NCBI GenBank assembly: GCA_002428325.1
Contig: DIVR01000021.1
Location: 34,486 to 98,485 of the forward strand
Source: a bacterium UBP4_UBA6127
Lineage (GTDB): Bacteria; UBP4; UBA4092
Reading direction: 5' to 3'
Length of the DNA: 64,000 nucleotides
Shown here: piece by piece, positions 1-10,705 of the stretch
How positions within the stretch are numbered: the first letter of the stretch is position 1
Layout of the letters: every line of letters starts with the position of its first letter
Program-made: the position numbers and the translations under genes
Notes under the pieces: generated by a model
What the model saw: the letters and a program-made list of their open reading frames with translations, nothing else
Told to the model about the DNA's origin: nothing
Database searches by the model: none

Positions 1-1217
1 AGCTTCCCATAAAATTACATTCAGCCCATTTCTTCCAATCGGCAACGATATATCCTAATACCAAAAGCCCGGTACAATAACTCATCAGGTTCATAAACCC
101 AATAGCTTTACTGGGGGATTCAAAACTCCACCCCAGTAAAAGGATATACAATATCGCTCCCAGAAAACTAATTAAAGCATAAGTATTCCAGTTTTTTCGG
201 GCGCAGGAAACTACAGAAACCAACGTTATCCCAAACCCATATAAAAGCAATGTAATATCAGGAAGAGATTCTGCAGTGAAATGATACAAGGAAGTAACCC
301 CAGCCCCAATCGCCAAACCTCCAATTACCGCTAAATTTTGGACAATAGCCCAATTTTCATGATGACTGACCCATACAGCACCCAAGGTAATAACAAAACC
401 ATAAGAAAGATAACTCAGGTAAGGGTCAGAAGGCGCTTTCAGAAAGAAGGGGGTGAGATAAGAGCCTAAAAAACCAATAACCCCAATAGCTTCATGTTTA
501 TATCTCATTGCAAAGAATACCCCGCTGACTGTAGTTCCAGTTAAAAAGACCCAGGCCAAGGATCGGGGTATCAGATGGTAAAATCCATATGCGGCATAAA
601 AGCTTAAATATAAAATGGCCAGCCCGCCCCCAGTCAGGACATGGGCATAATTCAAATATTTCTTTTGCTGATTAAAATACTCTCCTAAACTTAGCAAAAC
701 CAACCCGGCAAGCCCCCCCAGGGCCACTCTGACGACTTCATTGATCCATCCCATTTCGAAAGCATATTTAAACAAGAGGGTTAACCCGATAAAGAGAGCA
801 GCAATTCCTATCTTACTCAACCAGTTTCCCCCGATTTCCGTTTCCAAGTCAGTCATTTTATCTGTAACCGCTTCAGAAGTATTATTTCCTTCTTGGGAAA
901 TGCTCTGAATCGATTCCGGCCTGTTGATAGAATCAATGGAAAAAGAGGCTGTTTCATGTAACCCGCCGGAAAAGGCCTCTGGAGCATCTGAGGTTGCATC
1001 AATAGCACGAACGGCAGGAAGAGGGGAAATAACAGGGACCTCTGTTTGAACTTCTATATTCTCTTTATCTTTGGGAATAGAAGATAAACCCTGTAATTCC
1101 TTTTCCAGTGTCCAGATTCTCTGGATTTGGATTTGCAAGATGCTTGTCAGTTCCTCAACCTGTTTTTTCAGGTTTTGGATTTCCTGCTTGATAATGTCGA
1201 ATTCTTTTGTACTCATC
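1..1217 (-). CDS. Partial membrane protein, DUF2339-like: N-terminal coiled-coil followed by many transmembrane helices. Truncated by the window edge.
   Basis: Reverse-strand reading from an ATG at 1217 (MSTKEFDIIKQEIQNLKKQVEEL...) stays open to position 1 with no stops. The coiled-coil N-terminus is followed by long hydrophobic stretches (LSKIGIAALFIGLTLLF..., GGLAILYLSFYAAYGF...). It is not in the ORF track because it runs off the edge. The translation was done by eye. Confidence 0.45.
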
Positions 1218-1421
1218 AGGGCCCATTATTACATAAGGTTATTGGGTTGACAAGAAAAGATAGCTTTTCATCTATCCCTTTTATTTATAATAAGTTGGCT
1301 AATATTAATAACAGCTCAGTTCATAAATGCTTTCATCTTGAATAAAAAAGCCTTTCGGGTTAAAGTCCCAATCTAAAGATTGGAGACTAACCAGAATGGC
1401 TTGGACTAAAATAACTGATTT

Positions 1422-2594
1422 TTATATTTCGATACAGTTGGACCCAGAACAAGCCGGAGTCACATAAATATCAGGGGACTTCCCTGACTGTTGGGAATAT
1501 TTTTTAGAAAGCTCAAAAACAAATCCCTCGACTGTCTCAGGCTGGACCAAGGCGACAGCACAACCACCAAAACCACCCCCGGTCATCCGGCACCCATAAC
1601 ATCCGGGAATATCGGCAGCAATTTTCACAATCATATCCAGTTCCTGGCAGGAGACCTGATAATCATCCCTCAGGCTGGCATGGGATTGATAAAGAAGCTC
1701 CCCGGCCCGGTTAAAATCACCGGCAGCCAAGGCTTCTGTAAAATCAACGACTCTCTTATTTTCTGTCAGGTTATGCCGAACCCGTTTTATGACATTTTCA
1801 GATAACTCAGACTGGTATGTCTCAAATATATCCATAGGAATATGGCGAAGAGAAGGAAAATCCTTACCTGCCAGGTTCTGTAGTTTCTTCAGTCCCTCTT
1901 CACATTCAGTCCGACGTTGGTTATATTCAGAATCAACTAAACCTCTTTTTTTCATTGAATTGATAATCACAATACTGGCTTTATCTGAATCAAAAGGAAT
2001 TAATTCATATTCCAGTGTATGGCAATCAATTTTCAAGGCTTTATCTTTTGACCCCAAAGCCGAAATAAACTGGTCCATGATCCCGCATTTAACTCCCACA
2101 AACCGGCTGTGTTCTGCAGCCTGAGAAAGAAGAGCAATAGACTTATTGGTTATCTCGGCTTTCGTTACCTCGGATAAAAGCATACCCACACATACTTCAT
2201 AGGCAGCCGAGGAGGAAAGCCCTGCCCCCAAAGGAACATCTCCTTCCAGACAGATGTTCATTCCCGGTAAGGGAATGCCTCTTTCCTGGAACTGAGCGGC
2301 CACAGCCAGAAAATAATTAACCCAGGTTTGGGTATCCAGCGGGTCCAATACCTGGTCTAATTGAATAACAACCTCAAAATCAAAATTGCCTGAATACAGA
2401 TGGATGGTATTATCGTTTCGGGGAGCAGCTGCCATTTTCATCTCCCGATTTATAGCTGCTGGAAGTACATACCCCCCATTATAATCAGTATGTTCTCCAA
2501 TCAAGTTTACCCGCCCTGGGGCCCTGGCTATCCATCTTGGACCACAGCCAAAAACATCCCTGAAAAGCTCACAAATATGTTCATTCCGAATCAT
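1422..2594 (-). CDS. galK: Galactokinase
   Basis: GHMP kinase. Galactokinase signature GRVNLIGEHTDYNGGYVLPAAI near the N-terminus; ATP motif PLGAGLSSSAA; C-terminal GGGFGGC. Confidence 0.9.
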   Translation of the reverse strand: MIRNEHICELFRDVFGCGPRWIARAPGRVNLIGEHTDYNGGYVLPAAINREMKMAAAPRNDNTIHLYSGNFDFEVVIQLDQVLDPLDTQTWVNYFLAVAAQFQERGIPLPGMNICLEGDVPLGAGLSSSAAYEVCVGMLLSEVTKAEITNKSIALLSQAAEHSRFVGVKCGIMDQFISALGSKDKALKIDCHTLEYELIPFDSDKASIVIINSMKKRGLVDSEYNQRRTECEEGLKKLQNLAGKDFPSLRHIPMDIFETYQSELSENVIKRVRHNLTENKRVVDFTEALAAGDFNRAGELLYQSHASLRDDYQVSCQELDMIVKIAADIPGCYGCRMTGGGFGGCAVALVQPETVEGFVFELSKKYSQQSGKSPDIYVTPACSGSNCIEI

Positions 2595-2606
2595 TGATAA
2601 CCCTTT

Positions 2607-3650
2607 CTATCCCTGTTTCCGATAATGGACTAACGGCATGGTTCGAATACGTTCCGCGGCCGATTCAGCTGTGATATCCCGTTGGGGTGTCGCCAACATT
2701 TCAAAACCAACCATAAATTTCTGGACAGTCGCCGATCGCAAGAGGGGGGGGTAAAAATGCAGATGCAGATGCCAGAAAGGATATTCCTTACCATCTACCG
2801 GCTGGTTATGGAAACCCATTGTATAAGGAAAAGAGACTTCGAATAGATTATCATACTGGGTTGTTAATACTTTCAAGGCATTGGCCAGTCCTTTATTTTC
2901 GATTTCAGTCATCTGTCCAAGATGAGCTAAATGTCTCTTGGGAAGCACCATAGTTTCGAAAGGCCATTTTGCCCAGAAGGGAACCAGCACCACCCATGCA
3001 TCATTTTCAAAGACCAGCCGGTCTTTGAGATGTAACTCTGCTTGCAAGTATTGGCATAAAAGGCACTGGCACGAGTGTTCTTCATAATGTTTCTTTTGAT
3101 GGATTAATTCCTTTTCAGGTTCCAGGGGAATAGTCTGGGTTGCCCAGATTTGTCCATGGGGATGAGGATTACTGCATCCCATGATAGCTCCTTTATTCTC
3201 AAAAATCTGAACATAAGAGATATCCTTGTTATCGCCCAGCTCCTGATATTGTTCCCTCCATAAACCAATGACACGATGGATATTATCCTCTTCCATTTCA
3301 GCCATTGTTAAGTCATGCCGGGGAGAATAACAGAGGACCCGGCATATCCCTTTTTCACTGTGGGCCACCAGGATACCCGCTTCATTAAAATCCTGGCTTC
3401 CAGACTCAGGCAATAAAGCAGCAAAATCATTTTGAAAAATAAAATTTTCAGTATAGGCAGGATTTTGTTTTCCCCCAGCCCGTTGATTGCCGGGACAAAG
3501 ATAACACTGAGGATCATAAACCGGCCTATTTTCCGGAGTACGGCTTTCAACTTTTCCCTGCCAGGGTCGTTGGAGCCGATGGGGGCTTACCAACACCCAT
3601 TCCCCAGTAAGGGGGTTATAACGCTTATGCGGGGTTTGAAAAAAAGTCAC
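2607..3650 (-). CDS. galT: Galactose-1-phosphate uridylyltransferase (HIT superfamily)
   Basis: Zinc/His motifs CYLCPGN and [22 protein letters not shown] (the HPH nucleophile region). About 347 aa. Immediately upstream of galK on the same strand, consistent with a galT-galK operon. Confidence 0.9.
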   Translation of the reverse strand: MTFFQTPHKRYNPLTGEWVLVSPHRLQRPWQGKVESRTPENRPVYDPQCYLCPGNQRAGGKQNPAYTENFIFQNDFAALLPESGSQDFNEAGILVAHSEKGICRVLCYSPRHDLTMAEMEEDNIHRVIGLWREQYQELGDNKDISYVQIFENKGAIMGCSNPHPHGQIWATQTIPLEPEKELIHQKKHYEEHSCQCLLCQYLQAELHLKDRLVFENDAWVVLVPFWAKWPFETMVLPKRHLAHLGQMTEIENKGLANALKVLTTQYDNLFEVSFPYTMGFHNQPVDGKEYPFWHLHLHFYPPLLRSATVQKFMVGFEMLATPQRDITAESAAERIRTMPLVHYRKQG

Positions 3651-3735
3651 AACACTACCTCTTCCTTTTGATATAGATTATCTCAACCGTATATATTTTA
3701 CCGTATCAGGGAACACCATCAAGTAACGGGAGGGC

Positions 3736-4353
3736 TTATTTACAAAACATGGCCAGGAATGGAACCAGAAAAGGAACAATCAAGGTAATAATCAATCCCT
3801 GAAAAAAAGCTATAAAAGCATATTCGGCGCCACTGACCCGATTAATCAGAATCAAGGTTGAATCCATAGTGGTAGCCCCCCCCATGGCAATTCCTGGAAT
3901 CGTTAATTTCATCCGGTGCAACAGGGGAAAACACAACATGGTTAGCATTTCCCTGATCACATTGGATAGAAATGCCAGGGCTCCCATCTCGGGCCCCATC
4001 CATTTATCCATTAATACAGAGGTTAATGAATACCACCCTAATCCTCCCGTCAGGCACATCCCTTTCATGAAAGGAAATCGTAACAGTACCGTCGCAATGA
4101 CCCCTCCGGCAAAAGAACCCAGTACCACAGCAATCGGCAGTACCAACATCTGAAATCCGACTGTTTTTAGTCTTTTCCAGATATGGTTTATACCCAAATC
4201 TATCCCTACCAGAAATATCAATAATTCCAACAGCCACCAGGCAAGGGAATCTACCCGAGAAATCACTTCTACCGATACCAGTCCAGTGGCCCCCAGGAGA
4301 ACTCCGCCAACAATACAAATAAATATTCCCAGAGTTATCAAAATATCTCTCAT
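3736..4353 (-). CDS. LysO-family (DUF340) exporter, large subunit
   Basis: 205-aa polytopic membrane protein with a GGLGWYSLTSVLM motif. Overlaps the upstream 100-aa membrane ORF by 4 bp (translational coupling). This matches the split LysO pair arrangement. Confidence 0.55.
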   Translation of the reverse strand: MRDILITLGIFICIVGGVLLGATGLVSVEVISRVDSLAWWLLELLIFLVGIDLGINHIWKRLKTVGFQMLVLPIAVVLGSFAGGVIATVLLRFPFMKGMCLTGGLGWYSLTSVLMDKWMGPEMGALAFLSNVIREMLTMLCFPLLHRMKLTIPGIAMGGATTMDSTLILINRVSGAEYAFIAFFQGLIITLIVPFLVPFLAMFCK

Positions 4354-4652
4354 GGCTGCTTTTTCCCGGGGAGCTTTCTCATGACACCATATCCTCCCAA
4401 AGCGCTTCCAAGAGTGGTCAAGGCTGCAAAAGTGGCTCCTTTAAATCCAATAGATTTCAGGTTTCCCATCACCCGGGGGGAACTACCAATTTTCAATCCC
4501 AACACAAATATCAGGGTAAACAGACCCAAGACACCCAGCCGCCGTGACCATTTAAGCCAACCGGCTTCAGGATTTGATTTATGCCCAATCCACAAACCTG
4601 TACCCAGAATGGGAAAAAGAATCAAAATGTTGAAAATATCTTGCCAAGTCAT
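4350..4652 (-). CDS. LysO-family (DUF340) small membrane subunit
   Basis: 100 aa, about 3 TM segments, ends ...GFKGATFAALTTLGSALGGYG. ATGA overlap with the large subunit. Confidence 0.5.
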   Translation of the reverse strand: MTWQDIFNILILFPILGTGLWIGHKSNPEAGWLKWSRRLGVLGLFTLIFVLGLKIGSSPRVMGNLKSIGFKGATFAALTTLGSALGGYGVMRKLPGKKQP

Positions 4653-4821
4653 ATTAATATCAAACCAATACTATCCTTTAGGGAGTAGAGTTATACTCTC
4701 TACCCATTGAGTTATATATTATATCTTTTATGCCAACTATCGAGTAGGAGGCGGCTGATTATTTGTACATCCAGCTTGCACTGGTTTTTTACTATCTACA
4801 ATATGAAATCTCCAGGACAAA

Positions 4822-4861
4822 AACTAAAAAAGCGTCCCTTTACTCCAAGTAAAGGGACGCT
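4822..4861 (-). terminator. Rho-independent terminator for the 4888..6366 gene
   Basis: On the minus strand a 13-bp stem (AGCGTCCCTTTAC / GTAAAGGGACGCT) with a 5-nt loop is followed by TTTTTTAGTTTTTG, about 25 nt after the stop. Confidence 0.7.
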
Positions 4862-4887
4862 CATAAATAATTCAAAGGATATTGGGA

Positions 4888-6366
4888 TTATTCGTATAAC
4901 ATCCACTCTTTAGATGTGCCAGTAACAAAGAATGAACCACCCATAACCGTCTGTTTAGTCTCCAAAACAAAGTTATTAGGACCATCCGGAGGTGAATAAA
5001 CTCTGAGCAACTCGCTGATACTATCAGTAATATAAACATTGCCCACTGCATCCAGATCAATAGCTCTCGGAGTAGCACTAGCCCATGGTACCAGGGTCAA
5101 TTGGGTACTCAGATTTCCCAAAGGAAGAGGCAACGGACAAGATCCCAGTCCAGGGCCACCTTCTGTTAAGGCAAAAAGCATTCTTCCATGGTTTTCATCC
5201 AGAGCAAATCCACCAATCATTCCTCTGATGGGATCAGGAGTTGTATTACTATTTCCTGTTGAAAGGGAATCCCACAAAAGAGTTGACCCTGTAGAATCAA
5301 AAACCACTAAGCAGGGATAATCAGTTCCCGCAGAACGATAATTAGCTACATACCAATTCCCGGCAGAGTCGCGACGGACAGTTCCCGGGGTAGAATTAAC
5401 TAAGATACCTAAAGTAGAATCCCCCGGATAGGTTGTAAAGGTACTGTCGTTAATAGCTACTGTTGGAGCGGTAGTCCATGGAAAGGGTCCATTCCCCACA
5501 GGATATTTCCAAATGCTGCATTGCTGAATATCTCCAGCGGCAGGTAAATCTTCATCCTGGGTATAAAGGACCGTCTGGGTACCTGTTCCTTCTACATATA
5601 CCCCGGAGACGCTTCCATGCAGACCAGCGACCAATCCGGATGACAACTGTCCAGTGGTATCAAAGACCATCGTGAAATTACCGGACAAATCAGGTTCCGC
5701 CAAAAAAACATTTCCATGAGAATCTGACCAGTCAGCAATCCAGAGTCTACCGTCCGGACCCACAAAAAGGTGATAGGGACTGGATGTACCACTTGTCCCC
5801 CAATTAATACCTCCAGAACGGGCCACTGTTCCAATCGAAAGAGGATCAGACCCATCAGGATATAAGGCATATATGCCATCACCCATTAAACGGCCTGAGG
5901 CTGTCGGAGTCGTTCGGGTGTTGGTAATATAAACCATACCAAAATAGGGATCACCGCTATTTTTATTAACAGCACATCCTCGAGGACTCTCAAACTGGAA
6001 GATACTTTCAGCATCATTGGAAATAATATTCCATGTAGTATGCCCCACATTATCCACAGCAATAATCCTGAAACCATAATTGGCTGTCGTAGTGGCTGAG
6101 CCTCCCTCTGTTTTACCATCCCAGAATACTTGGTTATATCCTTTGAAAGGTGTACTTTCCAAGTTGCGAACAACAGTGGTATCTGGTAAAGGGCCATATA
6201 TTTGAACAGTTACAGCACTACAGGTTTCGTTTAATCGATAAGTAATTTTGGGAGCCACTCCGGTTGTGTTAACCGAAACAGAAAAAGGCATGACATTCGC
6301 AAAAACTGCACTGGTGAAAATTAACAATAAAAATACGCTCAAACAACATACAAAAATCTTTTTCAT
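4888..6366 (-). CDS. Secreted hypothetical protein, probable beta-propeller fold
   Basis: Signal peptide MKKIFVCCLSVFLLLIFTSAVFA. Gly/Ser/Thr/Asp-rich with repeated motifs (...GRLWIADWSDSHGNVF..., ...GNWYVANYRSAG...). No catalytic motif recognised. Confidence 0.55.
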   Translation of the reverse strand: MKKIFVCCLSVFLLLIFTSAVFANVMPFSVSVNTTGVAPKITYRLNETCSAVTVQIYGPLPDTTVVRNLESTPFKGYNQVFWDGKTEGGSATTTANYGFRIIAVDNVGHTTWNIISNDAESIFQFESPRGCAVNKNSGDPYFGMVYITNTRTTPTASGRLMGDGIYALYPDGSDPLSIGTVARSGGINWGTSGTSSPYHLFVGPDGRLWIADWSDSHGNVFLAEPDLSGNFTMVFDTTGQLSSGLVAGLHGSVSGVYVEGTGTQTVLYTQDEDLPAAGDIQQCSIWKYPVGNGPFPWTTAPTVAINDSTFTTYPGDSTLGILVNSTPGTVRRDSAGNWYVANYRSAGTDYPCLVVFDSTGSTLLWDSLSTGNSNTTPDPIRGMIGGFALDENHGRMLFALTEGGPGLGSCPLPLPLGNLSTQLTLVPWASATPRAIDLDAVGNVYITDSISELLRVYSPPDGPNNFVLETKQTVMGGSFFVTGTSKEWMLYE

Positions 6367-6740
6367 TCCTTTTTACCTCCATTCATTTGTAAATGATAAA
6401 TTAAATAACACAATCCTCACTGGGTGATTTATGATGCTTTTTTCCGAAACCTCCTTTCATAAAACCCACACCCAGTAATCTATCTCATTTTATACAGCCA
6501 CCCCTGTTTTTTGTCAATATATTTTTATCGTACCCAGCACCCAGTAAATAGTCATCCAGTATATTCATTTCAAGGGTTTCATTTTACTAATCAACAAGTT
6601 GGAAGATCTTCAGGCTCTTATGGAAGAAAAAGATTTTTCTTATATTCAATTGCTAAAGAATCATATTTCGACAGTTATCAAATTTAGTCAATGAATAATA
6701 CCAGATAGTCATCATTTCCATGCTGTCAGCACCCATTATA

Positions 6741-6774
6741 ATTATGTTCAAATAGAATGCGGGGCCTGCTTAAG
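6741..6774 (-). terminator. Putative terminator hairpin after the 6813..8624 gene
   Basis: GC-rich near-palindrome GCGGGGCCTGCTTAAGCAAGCCCCGC lies 40 nt past the stop and is followed on the minus strand by ATTCTATTT. The U-tract is weak. Confidence 0.4.
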
Positions 6775-6812
6775 CAAGCCCCGCCATAAGTATCGTAATG
6801 CCAAAATAAATA

Positions 6813-8624
6813 CTATTCTTTGATCAACGGTGCATCAGTGGGAGTCACTGAAACCGAAGCTGACGCAGACCATCCATTGACCGACTCAGCAGTAACCTGA
6901 GCAGTACCAAGAGTAGTCCCCAAATTAATTGTCGCAGTATCACCTGAAGCCACACCAATAGCAGCTATCTCTGTACTGCTGGAGACCCAGGTTAGATGGG
7001 CTCCATTAGGAGCATATCCCGCCACACCCTTCAAAGCAGAACTGCCTGAACCGGCTGTTGCATAAGCGGTGTTGGTAACATTCAGATATTTACCACCCAC
7101 AGCGGTTAATTCGGCATTGGAATTAGGCTGACCGGTAATGCTTTTCGGTAGAACCTGCAAAGAAATATCATCAAAGCTGACCGACTGGAAGGAAGGATCC
7201 GCAAAAATATTATTGGTCAGAGTCAAAGTCCCTGCCGTTGTGGAACGATTAATCCCAGCATCTGTCGCTGTTGCCAGAAAATAGGATCCTGTCGTAACCA
7301 AAGCACAATTTGTGATAGAAAGGTTAACCGCCGGAGTTGAGAAATCAATCAGGTTGTTAACTGTAGTGCTGGAACCGGCAATCCCTGAACCAGCAATAAC
7401 TGAATCAGAAATTGTAACCGATCCTGTTCCTGTCCCTACATTCGCAACTGTCAACCGAATAGGGCCATTCACACTGGTTTCCAATGTAGAAGTCCCATTT
7501 CCATAAAATGTACAATTAGTGAAATTCCAAGTTCTCTTCATTTCATCGGCCGGATAAAGTCCATTTCTCACATTACCGGCAAAAATACAATGGTCAAAAG
7601 TAATTCCAGGGAGTGAATCAGCATCATCGGCAAACATCCCAATCACACCTTCCTGGTTATTATTCACTACATAAACATAATGAAGTTCATAGGCTCGAGC
7701 AGAATCACCGTTGTCATCCGAGAACAATGCTAATGCGCCATTACCTGTGCTTAGATAACCATTTCCCAGAATCCAGATGGGGGTGGTGGCTGTTCCAAAC
7801 ATCTTAACGACTGTAGAGTCCGTGGCAATTTGAATACCCACTCGATCCATATAAGAAAACACACAGGGACCATACATAACCAATTCCTGGCCATTGTCAG
7901 GAACCCAAATCATACCATCAGGCGAATTAAGTCCACCATGCTGATTGGTGGAAATAAACTTAGTGATTGTGCAATAAGAATAATTACCTGCCAGGTTCAT
8001 ATGGTCATCTCTGAAGGTTGTGCCGGAACCAATAGCCACATAAGTCATTCCATCTGTAGATAAAGGTGCATTAGAACCATCATTCCCGGTAATCAGTATA
8101 TCATCTAAAATTAACCCAATGGTTGCCGTTGGATCTAAACCAGTGGCATTTGTATTGGACCGAATCCCTCTTAAGGCAGCATTCCCCATTTGAGGAATAA
8201 TGCTTAAGTTTTTCAAGACCACATCAATGTTAGCTCCACCTGTAGGAATAAAGATAGCAACACCAGAATCATTGACAGAACTGGCTAATCCGGCAGTTTT
8301 TCCAGCCACAATCACTGGACGGTAATTCAACCCTTGAATAGTGACACTTGTCTGAATCGGCACTCCAGTTGCTTCTATATAGGGTCCACCACCAGTAATA
8401 TTAATAATATCCGGAGTAGAAGCATCTGCTGTTACCGCTGAATAAGCTCCACTGATGGTAGTATAATTACTACCTGATTGAGGTTGGGTATCATTAACTG
8501 TAACCGTCTGAGCACAAGCAAATGAAACCATAACCATGGAAGCTATTGACAAAAATAATTCCCTTTTCATTGTGAATTTCTCCTTTATATTTTTATTACA
8601 ATAATTCATAACCTCATTACTCAT
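6813..8624 (-). CDS. Secreted protein with parallel beta-helix-like repeats and a C-terminal Ig-like (Big_2-type) domain
   Basis: The signal peptide begins at the internal Met (MKRELFLSIASMVMVSFACAQT), so the likely true start is about 8570. The sequence is Gly/Asn/Thr-rich with repetitive beta-strand periodicity. The C-terminal about 80 aa (...VTAESVNGWSASASVSVTP...) resembles a bacterial Ig-like domain. Confidence 0.5.
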   Translation of the reverse strand: MSNEVMNYCNKNIKEKFTMKRELFLSIASMVMVSFACAQTVTVNDTQPQSGSNYTTISGAYSAVTADASTPDIINITGGGPYIEATGVPIQTSVTIQGLNYRPVIVAGKTAGLASSVNDSGVAIFIPTGGANIDVVLKNLSIIPQMGNAALRGIRSNTNATGLDPTATIGLILDDILITGNDGSNAPLSTDGMTYVAIGSGTTFRDDHMNLAGNYSYCTITKFISTNQHGGLNSPDGMIWVPDNGQELVMYGPCVFSYMDRVGIQIATDSTVVKMFGTATTPIWILGNGYLSTGNGALALFSDDNGDSARAYELHYVYVVNNNQEGVIGMFADDADSLPGITFDHCIFAGNVRNGLYPADEMKRTWNFTNCTFYGNGTSTLETSVNGPIRLTVANVGTGTGSVTISDSVIAGSGIAGSSTTVNNLIDFSTPAVNLSITNCALVTTGSYFLATATDAGINRSTTAGTLTLTNNIFADPSFQSVSFDDISLQVLPKSITGQPNSNAELTAVGGKYLNVTNTAYATAGSGSSALKGVAGYAPNGAHLTWVSSSTEIAAIGVASGDTATINLGTTLGTAQVTAESVNGWSASASVSVTPTDAPLIKE

Positions 8625-8748
8625 TTGTATCCACCTCCTCCACTGTTAAAAATGCAAATATCTGTTATAAAAAAATCTTTTACCTTAATTCTAAATTCAT
8701 GTCAAGTCTTCTATCCCTAATAATTAGAATATCAATAATCTATGAAGA

Positions 8749-8787
8749 TTAAAAATCCCCCGGGGTAGTTTAGTCCCCCGGGGGGAT
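8749..8787 (-). terminator. Rho-independent terminator for the 8820..10376 gene
   Basis: A CCCCCGGGG ... CCCCCGGGGGG inverted repeat forms a GC stem and is followed on the minus strand by ATTTTTAATC. Confidence 0.6.
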
Positions 8788-8819
8788 ATAAGAAGTTTTA
8801 CCCTTCTTCTCGCGAAAAT

Positions 8820-10376
8820 CTATTCAAACAATTCATAGATTGATTGACGGGCCAGGGGGGCATTGGTTGCTAATACCGTAATATCTTTGGTCCCCTGATG
8901 CCCATTGGCATCGGTGCAAGTAACAGTCACCACACCCACTTCAGGTCCTGTGGTTAAGGTTGCTTGGTTACCTGTTTCATTAGATATTGTTCCCATGGTT
9001 GAGGAGGAAACACTCCACGTGTAGGGAGCTGTTCCATCTCCGGTCTCTTCCAGGATAATCTGCTGCCCGACTCCAATTTCAATGGCATTGGTCGGGGAAA
9101 TCTCAATTCCTTTGATGGAAATAGAATTGGTGCAATCCAGATTCCCGGATGTATCCTGAACCACTACAATGGCACGCCCTTTGGCGGTCGGAGTAAATAA
9201 TCCGGTGGAGGATATCGATGCAGCCCCAGCAAGGACTTCAATACTGTATGAAGCACTGCCATCCCCGCCGTTTACAGTAAATTGAATAGTGGTTTCATTA
9301 GCCCAAATCTCATTCACAGGAAGGATGGTGTTGGGGACCAGGGTAATATCCCTGCGCAAACGGACAATATCTCCATCATAGGCATTGGTCATCATGCATT
9401 CTGTATCATTGGCAAGCATCTGAGACATGGCCGGAGTCCGGAAATTAGCACCCACAGTTAAAATAGAGCTGGTCGGCAGCATATCCCCATAGACCGCATC
9501 AAAGAAATAAATCCCGGTAGTATCGGCTGTCTGCACTGCATAAGGGGCATTATAAACCGCCACCACCCTGCTTTCATCAGGGCTCAAAGAGATATTTCTG
9601 AAACCATATCCTGAATTCTCGACCGCATTATGAATATCGATAGTAGTGAATACAGGATCCGGACTGTACCCGGAAGCGATACTGCCAGTATATTTGTAAA
9701 TCTTATTCACATAACGAGCGGCAATATACACCGAGTTGGAATCCTTTTTAGCAACACTGCCTTCCCAGACATAACCGCCTCCATTGGCCGTGTCCACATC
9801 AAAACTCTGTAGAGGACTGATCTGTGTTCCATTCCAGGTGCTGGGATGAGAATAAATCTCTACCCGTTTCTTATTAATGCTGGTCAGGTTGGAATACTGG
9901 AAAATGTAATAATTTACGTAGATTCGACCCTGGTCATCGCAACTGACCCCATAAACTCGGGCATTGGTGGTAGGAGTCGGCACCACGGGCGTCATGGTCT
10001 TGGGATTCAAATCCATATCCCAAGAATAAAGCCGACAATTCACATTATCGGCCACCACCACCCAACCGTCCGGGGTGACTGTAATTCCACGTATTCCCGA
10101 AGTATTTCCCGAGCCCAGGGTAGTCCCTGTACCCCAATTGGTTGCGGTCGTGATGACATAAGTGGTATTATCGGAAAAAACCATCTTGTGAATATATCCG
10201 GCATTAATGTTAGCTTCAAAAAAGGTGGTGTCATTGACCCTGCATAATCCCCACCCTCGGTTTGCATCTACATACTGATTCGCAACCTTCCAAGATGTAG
10301 TCAGGGCCTGTTCGGCGGCGGCCATGGAGACCATGACAAACAACGCCAAAACCATCATTACTATTACTTTTTTCAT
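8820..10376 (-). CDS. Secreted protein with two C-terminal Ig-like (Big_2-type) domains
   Basis: Signal peptide MKKVIVMMVLALFVMVSMAAAEQA. Beta-rich N-terminal domain. Two C-terminal repeats of about 80 aa (...GAASISSTGLFTPTAKGRAIVVVQD...; ...GTISNETGNQATLTTGPEVGVVTVTCTD...) typical of Big_2 surface/adhesin domains. Confidence 0.55.
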   Translation of the reverse strand: MKKVIVMMVLALFVMVSMAAAEQALTTSWKVANQYVDANRGWGLCRVNDTTFFEANINAGYIHKMVFSDNTTYVITTATNWGTGTTLGSGNTSGIRGITVTPDGWVVVADNVNCRLYSWDMDLNPKTMTPVVPTPTTNARVYGVSCDDQGRIYVNYYIFQYSNLTSINKKRVEIYSHPSTWNGTQISPLQSFDVDTANGGGYVWEGSVAKKDSNSVYIAARYVNKIYKYTGSIASGYSPDPVFTTIDIHNAVENSGYGFRNISLSPDESRVVAVYNAPYAVQTADTTGIYFFDAVYGDMLPTSSILTVGANFRTPAMSQMLANDTECMMTNAYDGDIVRLRRDITLVPNTILPVNEIWANETTIQFTVNGGDGSASYSIEVLAGAASISSTGLFTPTAKGRAIVVVQDTSGNLDCTNSISIKGIEISPTNAIEIGVGQQIILEETGDGTAPYTWSVSSSTMGTISNETGNQATLTTGPEVGVVTVTCTDANGHQGTKDITVLATNAPLARQSIYELFE

Positions 10377-10646
10377 AACTCTTGTCTCCTATTTTAGTTT
10401 TTTAATGGTTCTAAGTACTTAATACATTAAATCCACTTCTAAAACATTTGAGTAAAACAAGAACTTTTATCTTTCACCTCCTTCTATTTTTTCGTTGCTT
10501 GGAAGAATATTTCTGGTCATTACAACTCTTCCAGTCCTCTGTTACGCGTAGTATAAAACGACCCCCTATCCCTGTCAAGCAAAAATGTAGATTATTATTC
10601 AAAACTTAACTATTTTGTATTATTCAATTCAGTTCACTCATATTAA

Positions 10647-10683
10647 GACAGAAAAGCCCGGTGAAGAAAATCTCCCCACCGGG
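10647..10683 (-). terminator. Rho-independent terminator for pseudopilin gene 1
   Basis: Stem GCCCGGTG / CACCGGGC followed on the minus strand by TTTTCTGTCTT, immediately after the stop. Confidence 0.7.
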
Positions 10684-10705
10684 CATCAAAATCAGCGTTT
10701 GTATA

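Noticed and set aside
1127-1345. 72-aa plus-strand ORF
   Set aside because: It overlaps the N-terminal coding region of the minus-strand DUF2339-like membrane protein and extends into the galK downstream spacer. Low-complexity translation. Judged spurious.
1340-1420. Possible terminator downstream of galK
   Set aside because: Only weak stems (CCAATCT / AGATTGG; CCCGAAAGG) and a T-run not directly abutting a stable hairpin. Not convincing enough to annotate.
8700-8800. Checked for CRISPR-like direct repeats around the CCCCCGGGG duplications and elsewhere
   Set aside because: Only a single inverted pair consistent with a terminator hairpin. No regularly spaced direct repeats anywhere in the window.
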